A stretch of DNA of 53,514 nucleotides from Actinomycetota bacterium (GTDB taxonomy: Bacteria > Armatimonadota > SYMT01): the NCBI GenBank assembly GCA_005798285.1, contig SYKE01000102.1, positions 1-53,514 of the forward strand, read 5' to 3'. The notes beneath the pieces are model-generated. The model was not told the DNA's origin. It saw only the letters and a program-made list of their open reading frames with translations, and did not search any database. Positions 1 through 9,164 of this stretch are shown here, in pieces. Position numbers and translations under genes: made by a program. Numbering within the stretch: position 1 is the first letter of the stretch; each line of letters begins with the position of its first letter.

Positions 1-313
1 GTTCGCATCCGGCATCCTGGCGCGCGGTCCGGTAGCCGGCGCGACCTATGCCTATGGCGCTCCGCCGGACGGCATCGTGGAGAAGACGCATCGGATTCGA
101 GAGCTCTGCGCCCGGCACGGCGTGTCGATGGGCGCCGCCGCACTCCAGTTCCCCCTCGCGCACCCCTGCGTCGCCGCCGCCATCCCCGGCCCGAACGCTC
201 CGGAGCAGGCCCGCACCAACCTCGCCTGGCTGCGGGAGGAGATCCCCTCCGCGTTCTGGAGCGACCTCAAAGCCCAGGGCCTGATCCACCCCAACGCCCC
301 CACCCCCGCCTGA
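1..313 (+). CDS. Aldo/keto reductase, C-terminal part (5' end lies outside the window)
   Basis: Frame open from base 2: FASGILARG...YAYG...RIRELCARHGVSMGAAALQFPLAHPCVAAAIPG, a typical AKR C-terminus. Confidence 0.85.
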   Translation, partial: FASGILARGPVAGATYAYGAPPDGIVEKTHRIRELCARHGVSMGAAALQFPLAHPCVAAAIPGPNAPEQARTNLAWLREEIPSAFWSDLKAQGLIHPNAPTPA

Positions 314-401
314 ACCCCGGCGCTACCGATCGCTCTGACGACCTGGGGGCCAAGCCGTCGGACCTTTCAGTCCGACGGCTTCTCCGTTTCCGTTCCGCCG
401 A

Positions 402-878
402 TCAGTCTTCCGGCGTCGGGTCTGAACCGCCGCAGAACTTCTTCGGATCGATCCCAACCAGCAGCAGCGTGGTCTCGCGCAGCAGGGTGGCGCCGATCAC
501 CTCGCCAGGTTGATCGCTGTTGACCGCCTGGATCGAGCGATCGAGCATTCGGCAGAGCAGCACAGCAGGCGCTATTTCCGGCTCGCAGTCCAGTTCGGCG
601 GCCCGAGCGATGAAGGCGCCAAGCGTGGGTGCGTAGATCCCGGCGTGGACCTCCGGATCGTCCCCCAGCACCCAACCCTGGATCTGTGCGGCCTTCTCGA
701 TGAACTCCTGCATCGCGGCTTCACCGGTCTTCTCGCCGTCGGCTACCTCCTGGAGCGCGAACATCGCGGAACTCAGGTAGTCTCTGACCCAGCAACTCAC
801 GGTTTCGATGTTGTTGGCGCGGATGCCCGGGCCGACCTGGCCGGCGAAGATATCGTTGTCGGTTCCTCGTTGAACCAT
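402..878 (-). CDS. Hypothetical acidic protein (~158 aa)
   Basis: ATG at 878 with AAGGAG RBS upstream; no recognisable family. Confidence 0.7.
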   Translation of the reverse strand: MVQRGTDNDIFAGQVGPGIRANNIETVSCWVRDYLSSAMFALQEVADGEKTGEAAMQEFIEKAAQIQGWVLGDDPEVHAGIYAPTLGAFIARAAELDCEPEIAPAVLLCRMLDRSIQAVNSDQPGEVIGATLLRETTLLLVGIDPKKFCGGSDPTPED

Positions 879-1206
879 TGGGTTCTGCTCCTTCTTCGTT
901 GAAGATGGGGTAGACGACCGCAAACCGGTTGTCTGCCCCACGAACCCATATTACCACTCGCACCCGGCCACCTAATGACCGGGTGGAATCTCGTTTTCGG
1001 GAGATTGGGAAGTCTCTTACCTCAATTGGGCTGAGAGTGTAGATGGGGGCGATGGGGGTGTGAAGATTGGTGTGTGGGGGGAGCGCGATGGGTGTCGAGA
1101 AGTCGAACACTTTGTTTTCGACACTCGGTGGAAGGAGCGGCAGTTGGACATGCGCTCGCTGGCCTCACCTGGGAGCACCGGTGCTGTTGGTCTTCGACTC
1201 GCCGTG

Positions 1207-3009
1207 CTACGGCGAGCCAGGCTCGATAATGCGCTCGTAGATGCGGACGGTAGGCATCATGTAGCGCCAGTCGTGGGGCGGCGTACCGGAGCGCCACCAG
1301 GCCAGTGGTCCCAGGGTCGGGCGGGGGCGGAACTCCTGATGGAGACGGTAGCCGGTGTTCAGGCGGGCTTTCAGATCGAGAATGCCGGACCGGAATGTCG
1401 GGTTGGCGGCGTGGATTCGTTCGGCGTCTTCATCGTCGTAGTCGGAGAGCAGGACGAAGCGAGGGGCGTAGCGGTCCAGCGCCTCGACCGTCAGGGCGCC
1501 GGTGTTGCTCGGGGGCGCCAGCACCTGGTATGGGCCGAGGTCGAACGGGGCACCGGGCGTGCCCGGCGTTCTTTCCCAGATGGGCGGACCGCCATACACC
1601 TGGCCAAGCAGCACGCAGCCGGCCGTCGGGTGGAGCGGAGGGGTCTGAAACCACGGGTTGAAGGCGAGCGCCACTCGGTCTCCGGGGCGGGTGGCGGAAC
1701 GGATGGCGGCGACTGCGGCATCACGGCTATCTGGGGCCGCGAAGACGCCGGCGTGGGCGATCGCCGATGCTGCGCCGGTGACCATCGCCAGCCCTCCCAC
1801 CGCGATCCAGAGGGGTCGGAAGCGAGTCTCTATGCCTCGGCCTATGGCGGCGGCGGCCAGGATCAGCAGGGGCGGGAGGATGGGCGTGACATATCGGACG
1901 TAGGAGCGTGCGCTGCCGCTGAGGGTCAGGAAGAAGACGAGCGCTGCGATCAGCAGGATGGCGTCTCCAGTCGTGCGTCTCCGTGTCTCGAGGAAGAGTC
2001 CAACGAGCGCCAGCAGGTAGGGCACGATCTCGAGGCCAATCGGCAGGGAAACCAGCAGGTGCTGCAGGAGCGCGGGGCGGGCGGCCTGAAAGAGCAGCCC
2101 CATCCCCTCGCGGTTGTACCGAAGCTCCTGGGAGACGTCGGCGATGAATCGGTCCGGCTGGAGCAGCACGCCGGGGGTGGCGATCAAGAACCCGGCGGCG
2201 CCGACTCCCAGGATCAGCAGCGCGTCGATCGCAACCGCTTTCCGATCGGGGGGTTCCCGTCGGCCCTGGAGAACGACAGGGACCAGCGCCAAGAACCACG
2301 GGAAGACGGAGTACTTGATGCCGACCCCGATGCCGCAGAGCAGCGCCGCTGTGAGCATCGCTCGCCGGCGGATTGCCGGCACGGAGGATGCGGCCGCCGT
2401 GGCAGCGGCGGCAAGCGTGGCGGTGCTGAAGAACGCGGACGGCACATCGACGGTGAGGTAGTGCCCCAGCACCACGCCCATCGGACAGAGTGCGGCCAGT
2501 GCGGCGGCGATCCACGCGGCGCGACGGCCGTAGAGGCGGTCCGCCGTCAGGAAAACCGGCCAGACGGTTGCCGCGCCGAGGATGGCCGTGATCCAGCGCC
2601 CCAGCAGCAGCAGATGGGCGTAGTCTCCTACCCAGAGGCTGAAGTCGGGCTGATCGTACCGCGGGACCGGACCCCAACCGAGGGGGGATGAGAGAAAGTC
2701 GTACGCCAGACGCGTGAGAAGGATGGTGAACGAGCCGTACGCGTAAAAGTCCGGCGTGAAGTCGCCCCAGAGGGGGTTGGTCTGGCAGATGGCGTGGAGC
2801 AGCACCGTCTCGTCGGGATGGTAGGCGTAGTAGCGTTCACTGCCGGGCAGCCCCCAGGTGATGCCCCACGATCTGAGCGCCAGAGCCATGCACATCAGGG
2901 CCAGCAGCCCCGCGGCGACCCCGAGCTTGCCTCCCACGTTGCCGTCGGACGTTGTGGTCGGCGCCGGACGCGCTGGGTGCGCCGAGTGCGGGGATTGTTT
3001 GCGAGACAC
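1207..3009 (-). CDS. GT-C fold membrane glycosyltransferase (ArnT/PMT_2, GT39/83-like)
   Basis: WGLP...YHPDE loop after the first TM helix, many TM helices, GIGVGIKYS; GTG start chosen just after the plsC stop. Confidence 0.8.
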   Translation of the reverse strand: MSRKQSPHSAHPARPAPTTTSDGNVGGKLGVAAGLLALMCMALALRSWGITWGLPGSERYYAYHPDETVLLHAICQTNPLWGDFTPDFYAYGSFTILLTRLAYDFLSSPLGWGPVPRYDQPDFSLWVGDYAHLLLLGRWITAILGAATVWPVFLTADRLYGRRAAWIAAALAALCPMGVVLGHYLTVDVPSAFFSTATLAAAATAAASSVPAIRRRAMLTAALLCGIGVGIKYSVFPWFLALVPVVLQGRREPPDRKAVAIDALLILGVGAAGFLIATPGVLLQPDRFIADVSQELRYNREGMGLLFQAARPALLQHLLVSLPIGLEIVPYLLALVGLFLETRRRTTGDAILLIAALVFFLTLSGSARSYVRYVTPILPPLLILAAAAIGRGIETRFRPLWIAVGGLAMVTGAASAIAHAGVFAAPDSRDAAVAAIRSATRPGDRVALAFNPWFQTPPLHPTAGCVLLGQVYGGPPIWERTPGTPGAPFDLGPYQVLAPPSNTGALTVEALDRYAPRFVLLSDYDDEDAERIHAANPTFRSGILDLKARLNTGYRLHQEFRPRPTLGPLAWWRSGTPPHDWRYMMPTVRIYERIIEPGSP

Positions 3010-3013
3010 GGCG

Positions 3014-3625
3014 CTAGGAGTTTCGGTCGCGCAGCTCGGCAATCGCCTGCATGGTCCGCCGAGCGATGAACTGATGCTGCTCCCGAGCCGTGCGACCTTC
3101 GGTGTCTTCGGGGATTTGCAGCGGCTCTCCGTAGATGATGATGACTTTCGCGGGCCAGATGCCGCCGCTCCTCGGCATCGCCGCGGCGGTGCCCTGCAGA
3201 TAGACCGGCACCACCACCGCTCCGGTCCTCGCCGCGAGCATTCCGACACCGGTTTCCGCCGGACTCAACTCACCGCTGTCGCTCCGGGTGCCTTCCGGAA
3301 AGATCACCAGAGACCAATCGGCTTCCAATCGACGGAGCGCCTCTCGAATGGCGCCGCGATCGGCCTGCCCCCGCTTCACCGGAAAGGCATTGAGCTTCCG
3401 GATGAGCGCCGCAATCGGCGGGAACTTGAAGAGTTCCTCTTTGGCCATGAAACAACAGGGTCGCCACACTCCAACGGCCACTACCGGAGGATCCAGATAG
3501 CTGACATGATTGGCGGCAAGAATGACCGCTCCCGTGGGTGGGACGTGCTCCGCGCCGTGGATCTCCCAGCGAAAGTAAAGCTTGAACAGCCCCCGAAACA
3601 GGAGCCAGACCAGACGATAGATCAT
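3014..3625 (-). CDS. plsC: 1-acyl-sn-glycerol-3-phosphate acyltransferase
   Basis: NHVSYLD (HX4D) and IFPEGTRS motifs; start overlaps the cmk stop (ATGA). Confidence 0.92.
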   Translation of the reverse strand: MIYRLVWLLFRGLFKLYFRWEIHGAEHVPPTGAVILAANHVSYLDPPVVAVGVWRPCCFMAKEELFKFPPIAALIRKLNAFPVKRGQADRGAIREALRRLEADWSLVIFPEGTRSDSGELSPAETGVGMLAARTGAVVVPVYLQGTAAAMPRSGGIWPAKVIIIYGEPLQIPEDTEGRTAREQHQFIARRTMQAIAELRDRNS

Positions 3626-4323
3626 AGCTCGGCGGTGGCCTTCCGTACGAGCCCAACGAGGAGCGACACCACCTCATCCTGGGTCATGCCGTCCGTAACG
3701 ACCACCTGCGCGTCGGCGGCCGGCCTCATCGGCGAGTGCTCCCGTTCCGCGTCCCGGCGATCCCGCTCTCGAACCTCGCGCAGTACGTGCTCGAACTCGA
3801 TCTCGCGGCCACCAGCCTGGAGTTGGAGCGCCCGGCGACGCGCACGTTCTTCGTCGCTCGCCGTGAGGAACACCTTCACCCCGGCATGCGGGAACACAAC
3901 GGTGCCGATGTCGCGGCCCTCCATCACCACGCCACCCCCTGCTCCAAGCTGGTTTTGCACGGTGACGAGCGCCGCCCGAACCTGGGGCCATGGCGCTACC
4001 TGAGAGGCGCCCAGGCTGATTTCGGGCGTCCGGATTCGCTCGGAGACATCCTCGTCATTCACCTCGAGGCCGCTCTCGCCCGGTCGAGGTTCGAGGAACC
4101 GGAACCGGAGGCTCCGAACCAGCGGAACAAGCGCGGCCTCGTCATTCCACGGAATTCCCGCCTGCTGAGCGGCCAGGGCAACGGCTCGGTACATGGCGCC
4201 CGTATCGATGTAAGTGAAGCCCAGTTCGGCCGCCACACGGCGGGCCACGGTGCTCTTTCCGGCTCCGGCGGGTCCATCTATCGCCACGATGGGACGAGCG
4301 GAATTCGGTGGGGACATCGGCAT
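3622..4323 (-). CDS. cmk: Cytidylate kinase
   Basis: IAIDGPAGAGKST-like P-loop, YIDTGAMYRA, VMEGRDIGTVVFP. Confidence 0.95.
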   Translation of the reverse strand: MPMSPPNSARPIVAIDGPAGAGKSTVARRVAAELGFTYIDTGAMYRAVALAAQQAGIPWNDEAALVPLVRSLRFRFLEPRPGESGLEVNDEDVSERIRTPEISLGASQVAPWPQVRAALVTVQNQLGAGGGVVMEGRDIGTVVFPHAGVKVFLTASDEERARRRALQLQAGGREIEFEHVLREVRERDRRDAEREHSPMRPAADAQVVVTDGMTQDEVVSLLVGLVRKATAEL

Positions 4324-4493
4324 GGTTCGGTACGGGCGGGCGCGGGCGAGGGTCTGGGAGATCAGCGTGGGTAAGTTTACCGGAAACCGGTGCTCGGGTG
4401 CCCGATTTGCTGGCGAGCGCCGGGCCGTGGGAGGATGCGGGGACCGCAAGCGGCAAACGGATTACGCCGGAGTGTGCCGGGGTTTGTCGAGGG

Positions 4494-5456
4494 GTGGTGA
4501 GCGTGGGAGGACTGGAAGCATTCTGGCGCCGTCGCGAATTCTCGCTGGCGCTGGCGGTGGTGGTCCTCATCCTTGCGGTCGGAATGTTGCGCGCCGACTT
4601 CCTGAAGCCGGAGAACCTGCGAGACATCCTGCTCAATGCCTCCATTCCCGCCGTTGCGGCCTGCGGCATGACAGTGCTGATCATCAATGCACAGATCGAC
4701 ATCTCGGTCGGCGCCGTCCTGGCGGTTTGCGCCGTGGTGATCACGATACTCGGCGGCGCCGGAGCTCCGGGCCCTGTCTTGCTTCTGGGCGCCGTTGCAG
4801 CCGGCGCCTCCCTCGGCGCCGTGAACGGGTGGCTCACCACTTACCTCAAGATCCCGGCCATTGTGGCGACTCTCGCGACATTGGGCGCCATCAAGGGTGG
4901 CCTGGTGATGGCGACTCACGGCGCCTCCACCCCGGCTCCCGCGGCGCTGACGACGTTTGGCAACCTCAACTATCTCGGCCTGGCGTCACCGGTTTGGAGC
5001 GCCGCGCTGGTCTGCGTACTCGCGGCGCTCTACCTGGAACGGACTCCGGCCGGCCGAAGGCACTACGCCGTGGGCAGCAATCCCCGCGCCTCGGAGCTTT
5101 CCGGACTTCCTGTCCAGGCCATCACTTTTCGAGCGTTCGTGCTGCTCGGAGGACTCGTCGGCGCGGCGGCGTTTCTCCACGTCGCCCGGTTCACCCCGGT
5201 CTATCCATCGCCGCCGAAGGGGTTCGAGCTGGAGGTCATCACGGCGGTGGTGGTCGGCGGCACCGACATCTTTGGGGGGCGCGGCACCATCATCGGCACC
5301 GTTCTGGCGGCGCTCCTCTTGAGCACGATCGGTATAGCGCTGACCTTTGTCGGCAGCAGCTTCACGGCGCTGCGCAGTGAGATACAGCCGGCGGTGCAGG
5401 GTCTTCTCATTTTGATCGCCGTGCTCTACAACGGCCTGTCAAGGCGCGGGAACTGA
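4494..5456 (+). CDS. Monosaccharide ABC transporter permease (RbsC/BPD_transp_2)
   Basis: IDISVG, GRRHYAVGSN, ELEVITAVVVGGTDIFGGRG; start approximate. Confidence 0.88.
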   Translation: MVSVGGLEAFWRRREFSLALAVVVLILAVGMLRADFLKPENLRDILLNASIPAVAACGMTVLIINAQIDISVGAVLAVCAVVITILGGAGAPGPVLLLGAVAAGASLGAVNGWLTTYLKIPAIVATLATLGAIKGGLVMATHGASTPAPAALTTFGNLNYLGLASPVWSAALVCVLAALYLERTPAGRRHYAVGSNPRASELSGLPVQAITFRAFVLLGGLVGAAAFLHVARFTPVYPSPPKGFELEVITAVVVGGTDIFGGRGTIIGTVLAALLLSTIGIALTFVGSSFTALRSEIQPAVQGLLILIAVLYNGLSRRGN

Positions 5457-5461
5457 GCCCC

Positions 5462-5677
5462 ATGAGATTTCGAGTGACACTACTGCGGCCCGGCGTCGAA
5501 GAGCAGACCTGGGTGATTCTTCCGGATGAGCCGAGCGCCCGGATGCAGGCGGAAGAGCAATCGCTGCGCGAACGCGAGACCGAGGTTCGCGTCTATCGCG
5601 AAGCCTTCGGTGGCGAACGACAGCTTCTGAGCGGCTACCGGCGCGGCAAGCCCGTGGACTCGGGCACATCGAACTGA
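5462..5677 (+). CDS. Small hypothetical protein (71 aa)
   Basis: ATG-started ORF filling the gap between two co-directional genes. Confidence 0.55.
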   Translation: MRFRVTLLRPGVEEQTWVILPDEPSARMQAEEQSLRERETEVRVYREAFGGERQLLSGYRRGKPVDSGTSN

Positions 5678-5701
5678 CCGAGCGGATGGGGGAGAGCGCG
5701 A

Positions 5702-6691
5702 ATGGACGTACTGGTGATTGGCGGGACCGGCTACATGAGCGGTCCGGTGGTGAACGCGCTTCTTGAAGCCGGGCATGCGGTGACGGTCCTCACGCGGGGA
5801 GAGCGACCCCTTCCCGAGGGCGTTCGCTCTCTCAAAGGCGACCGGAAGCGCCATTCGGAATTTGTGGAGTTGATGGAGGGCCGTCCGTTCGACGCGGTCG
5901 TGGACTGCATTTGCTACACCCCCGAGGATGCACGGGCGAACCTGCAGGCGTTCGCGGGCCGGATCGGTCACCTCGTGATGATCAGCACCGACTTCGTGTA
6001 CGGGCCCCATCGCGTGCTGCCGGCGACCGAGGACACGCCGACCCGCGCCATGAGCGAATATGGGCGGAAGAAGGTCCAATGCGAAGAGATCTTCTTCGGG
6101 GCCTTCGCGGAGGACGGCTTTCCGGTCACCTCACTTCGGCCGCCTCATATCATGGGCGCCGGCGGACAGCTCGGCACAGGCTCGCTCCTGAACCGCGACC
6201 CGATGCTCCTGGATCGGGTGGAGCAGGGGCTCCCGATCATCCTGCTGGATGGGGGCCAGTTTCTGATCCAGCCCGTGGTGCACCGCGACATCGCCGGCGC
6301 CGTGTGCGCGGTGCTGGGCGTTGAAGCCACGTTCGGCCGCGCCTACAACATGGCCGGCGCCGACTGCGTGACGACCCGCGAGTACTACGACATCGTGGCC
6401 GCCACGCTCGGCGTGGAAGCTCCGGAGTACCTCTCGCTGCCGTCGGCGGAGTACGTGCGTGCGTTCCCCGACCGGGCCCCCTTCGCAACCCATCGGATGT
6501 ATTCGATGGAGCGATTGGCGGCGGACACCGGCTTCCGCCCCCGCGTCAGCGTGCGTCATGCGATCTTCGAGATGATCGACTGGCTCCAGTCGACCGGTTC
6601 CGCCAAACCGTGCGTCGAAACCGAACTCGATCTCCAGACCGCCGCCCTGTGTCGTGCGTTCGGCGAGCAGCTTCCACGAATTCTCGGTTAG
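5702..6691 (+). CDS. NAD-dependent epimerase/dehydratase (extended SDR)
   Basis: GGTGYMSG Rossmann motif, YGRKK (YxxxK). Confidence 0.88.
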   Translation: MDVLVIGGTGYMSGPVVNALLEAGHAVTVLTRGERPLPEGVRSLKGDRKRHSEFVELMEGRPFDAVVDCICYTPEDARANLQAFAGRIGHLVMISTDFVYGPHRVLPATEDTPTRAMSEYGRKKVQCEEIFFGAFAEDGFPVTSLRPPHIMGAGGQLGTGSLLNRDPMLLDRVEQGLPIILLDGGQFLIQPVVHRDIAGAVCAVLGVEATFGRAYNMAGADCVTTREYYDIVAATLGVEAPEYLSLPSAEYVRAFPDRAPFATHRMYSMERLAADTGFRPRVSVRHAIFEMIDWLQSTGSAKPCVETELDLQTAALCRAFGEQLPRILG

Positions 6692-6717
6692 GGCCCCACC
6701 GGCGAGCGGATACAGGC

Positions 6718-7863
6718 ATGAAGAACCCCGGCTTCTCCACGATGTGCGCGCACCTGGGCGACGATCCCGCCCGGTTTCACGGCGCGCCGACTCCGCCGAT
6801 CTATCAAAACTCGCTGTTTACCCAGCCCGACACCGAGAGCTTCTTTCGGCGAACCGAACTCCGTCCGGAGATCTACGACTACACGCGGGTCGCCAACCCG
6901 ACGACGGATGTCCTCGAAACCAAGCTCGCGGCACTGGAGCGGACGGAAGCCTGTCGGGCATTCGGCTCCGGAATGGCGGCTGTATCTGCGGCCATTCTTG
7001 ACGCGGTTCGCACGGGCGATCACATCGTGGCCGTCGAAACCTCGTACGGTCCCACCCGTCAGTTTCTCAAAGCCTACCTGCCCCAATTGGGAATCGAGAC
7101 GACGTTCGTCCAAGGCGCCGATCCGTCGGAATTCCTGGAGGCGACTCGGCCAAACACCCGGCTCTACTACCTGGAGAGTCCCTCCAGCCTGGTGTTCCAT
7201 CTGCAGGACCTTCCGGCGGTGTGTGAGCTGGCGCGAGATCGCGGCATCGTGACGGCGATCGACAACTCGTGGGCCACCCCGTACTTCCAAAACCCGACGG
7301 AGTTCGGCGTGGATCTGGTGATACACTCCGCAACCAAATACCTGTGCGGCCACAGTGATGTTGTTGCGGGTGTCGTCATGGGAAACCGCGAACGAATGCA
7401 GAAGCTCACGGTGCAGGAGGGCTTTCTGCTGGGGGGCATTCTCGATCCGTTTGCTGCATGGCTCCTGTTGAGAGGGGTCCGAACACTGGGAGTGCGCATG
7501 GATCGGCACCAGCAGAGCGCCGGCAAAGTGGCCGACTTCCTGGAAGCGCATCCCCGCGTGGCCCGGGTGTACTGGCCCGGATTGGCATCCCACCCGCAGT
7601 ACGAGCTCGGGAGACGGCTGATGCGCGGGAATAGTGGACTGCTGAGTGTCGCGCTGAAGGACGGCGGGCGCGAAGCGGCCTGCCGCGTGATCGACCGGCT
7701 CCACTACTTCGGCATCGGCGTGAGCTGGGGCGGCTTCGAAAGTCTGGCCATTCCGATGTCCTTCGCGGAACCGGAGGGGCGGCTCTGGGGCGCCCGGATC
7801 TCTGTCGGGCTCGAGGACGTGGACGACCTTCTCGCGGACCTGGAGCAGGCGCTCGACTCGTAG
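6718..7863 (+). CDS. PLP-dependent trans-sulfuration enzyme (cystathionine gamma-synthase/beta-lyase/Met gamma-lyase family)
   Basis: YTRVANPT, GSGMAA, DNSWATP, HSATKYLCGHSD, SWGGFESL, RISVGLED. Confidence 0.9.
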   Translation: MKNPGFSTMCAHLGDDPARFHGAPTPPIYQNSLFTQPDTESFFRRTELRPEIYDYTRVANPTTDVLETKLAALERTEACRAFGSGMAAVSAAILDAVRTGDHIVAVETSYGPTRQFLKAYLPQLGIETTFVQGADPSEFLEATRPNTRLYYLESPSSLVFHLQDLPAVCELARDRGIVTAIDNSWATPYFQNPTEFGVDLVIHSATKYLCGHSDVVAGVVMGNRERMQKLTVQEGFLLGGILDPFAAWLLLRGVRTLGVRMDRHQQSAGKVADFLEAHPRVARVYWPGLASHPQYELGRRLMRGNSGLLSVALKDGGREAACRVIDRLHYFGIGVSWGGFESLAIPMSFAEPEGRLWGARISVGLEDVDDLLADLEQALDS

Positions 7864-7880
7864 CGCCTGTCGGCCCTTCC

Positions 7881-9161
7881 TCACTCCGAAGCGAGCGAGG
7901 CCACGGTTCGCAGGAACCCATCCGTTTCATCCAGCGTGTTGTAGTGGGCGAACGACGCCCGGACGGCGCCCGTTTTTCCGAGGCCCCGCAGAACGCTGCC
8001 CGCATAGTGGTTGCCCGCGGCGACCTGGATCCCGGATCGAGCCCAGAGTTCCGACTCCACAGCGTCGTCGGTCCGGTCCGCCACGTGGAAGCCGAAAGTC
8101 GGAACCCGCCCTGCCACTCGTCGCTCGTCGCGTTCGCCGAGCAACTCGACATGGCGCATCTGGGCCATGCCCCGCAGGACTCGTCGAGAGATCTCGGCCT
8201 CGTGCGCCTGCGATGCCGCCAGGGCGATCTTGAAGCGGCGCCGCGTCCGCTCCAGAGTCGCGAAGGCGCCCACGAAGGCGGGCTCCAGTCGCGTCCCGAC
8301 CGATTCCAGGTAGGTGAGCGCAGCGAGAATTCCGGCGATGGTGACGTTGTTCAACGTGCCCAACTCCAGCGCGGTCTCCAGGTCGGTGTGCGGTTCCACG
8401 GCATAGCAGCGCAGGCGTTCCGCGAGCGAGGGCCGGACCCAGAGCACCCCTGCGAACGGTCCGAAGAGTTTGTACGTGGAAAAGGCGAGGGCATCCGCGT
8501 CCAGCGCTGCCAGATCGATCGGCACGTGCGGCGCGGCGTGCACGGCGTCGAGCACCACCCACGCTCGGGGAGCGTACGCGCGCACGCAGCGGATGAGCGC
8601 CGGCAGGTCCGGCACGGCGCCGAGGCCGTTCAACGCGACCGGAAGAGCGACGATGCGCACGCGGTCGGTGAGGACCGATCGGAGCCGATCCGGGTCGAGA
8701 CTCCCATCGGCTTCCATCTGAAGCTTGAGTGCCGGTCGCCGCCGCCACTCCCAGGGGGTAATGTTGGCGAAGTGGTCGGCGTCACTCACCACGAAGCGGT
8801 CGTCCGACTCGAGTTCGGGCTCCAGGGCCAGTCGGAGCTTCAGCAGCGATGACGTGGTGGATTCCGAAAAGAACACAGGATCAGCGTCTCCGGCGTTGAG
8901 GAACTCCCGAATTCGCAGGCGAGCTTCTCGGTGGAAACGGAGCGTCTGTGCTGCCGCAGGCCAGCCGCGACCCGGCTGCGGATTGGCCCAGAGGGCGGCG
9001 TCCGCCATCGCATCGGCAACACTGCGCGGAAGCAGTGTGCCTGCGGCATTGTCGAGGTAGATCCGGCGTGTGCCGTCTCTCAAGCTCTCTATCTGTGGAA
9101 ACTGAGATCGAATCCAGGGCAGCTGCCGCAGGAAAGCGGCTGCCGGGTCAGTGGGGTTCAA
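7881..9161 (-). CDS. Cysteine desulfurase-like class V aminotransferase (VC1184-like subfamily)
   Basis: YLDNAAGT, DHFANITPW, DAVHAAPH, FSTYKLFGP, GNHYA, VRASFAHYNT; TTG start. Confidence 0.85.
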   Translation of the reverse strand: MNPTDPAAAFLRQLPWIRSQFPQIESLRDGTRRIYLDNAAGTLLPRSVADAMADAALWANPQPGRGWPAAAQTLRFHREARLRIREFLNAGDADPVFFSESTTSSLLKLRLALEPELESDDRFVVSDADHFANITPWEWRRRPALKLQMEADGSLDPDRLRSVLTDRVRIVALPVALNGLGAVPDLPALIRCVRAYAPRAWVVLDAVHAAPHVPIDLAALDADALAFSTYKLFGPFAGVLWVRPSLAERLRCYAVEPHTDLETALELGTLNNVTIAGILAALTYLESVGTRLEPAFVGAFATLERTRRRFKIALAASQAHEAEISRRVLRGMAQMRHVELLGERDERRVAGRVPTFGFHVADRTDDAVESELWARSGIQVAAGNHYAGSVLRGLGKTGAVRASFAHYNTLDETDGFLRTVASLASE

Positions 9162-9164
9162 TCG

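Noticed and set aside
1060-2691. 543-aa plus-strand ORF
   Set aside because: Antisense shadow of the glycosyltransferase; no motifs; such ORFs are expected in high-GC DNA
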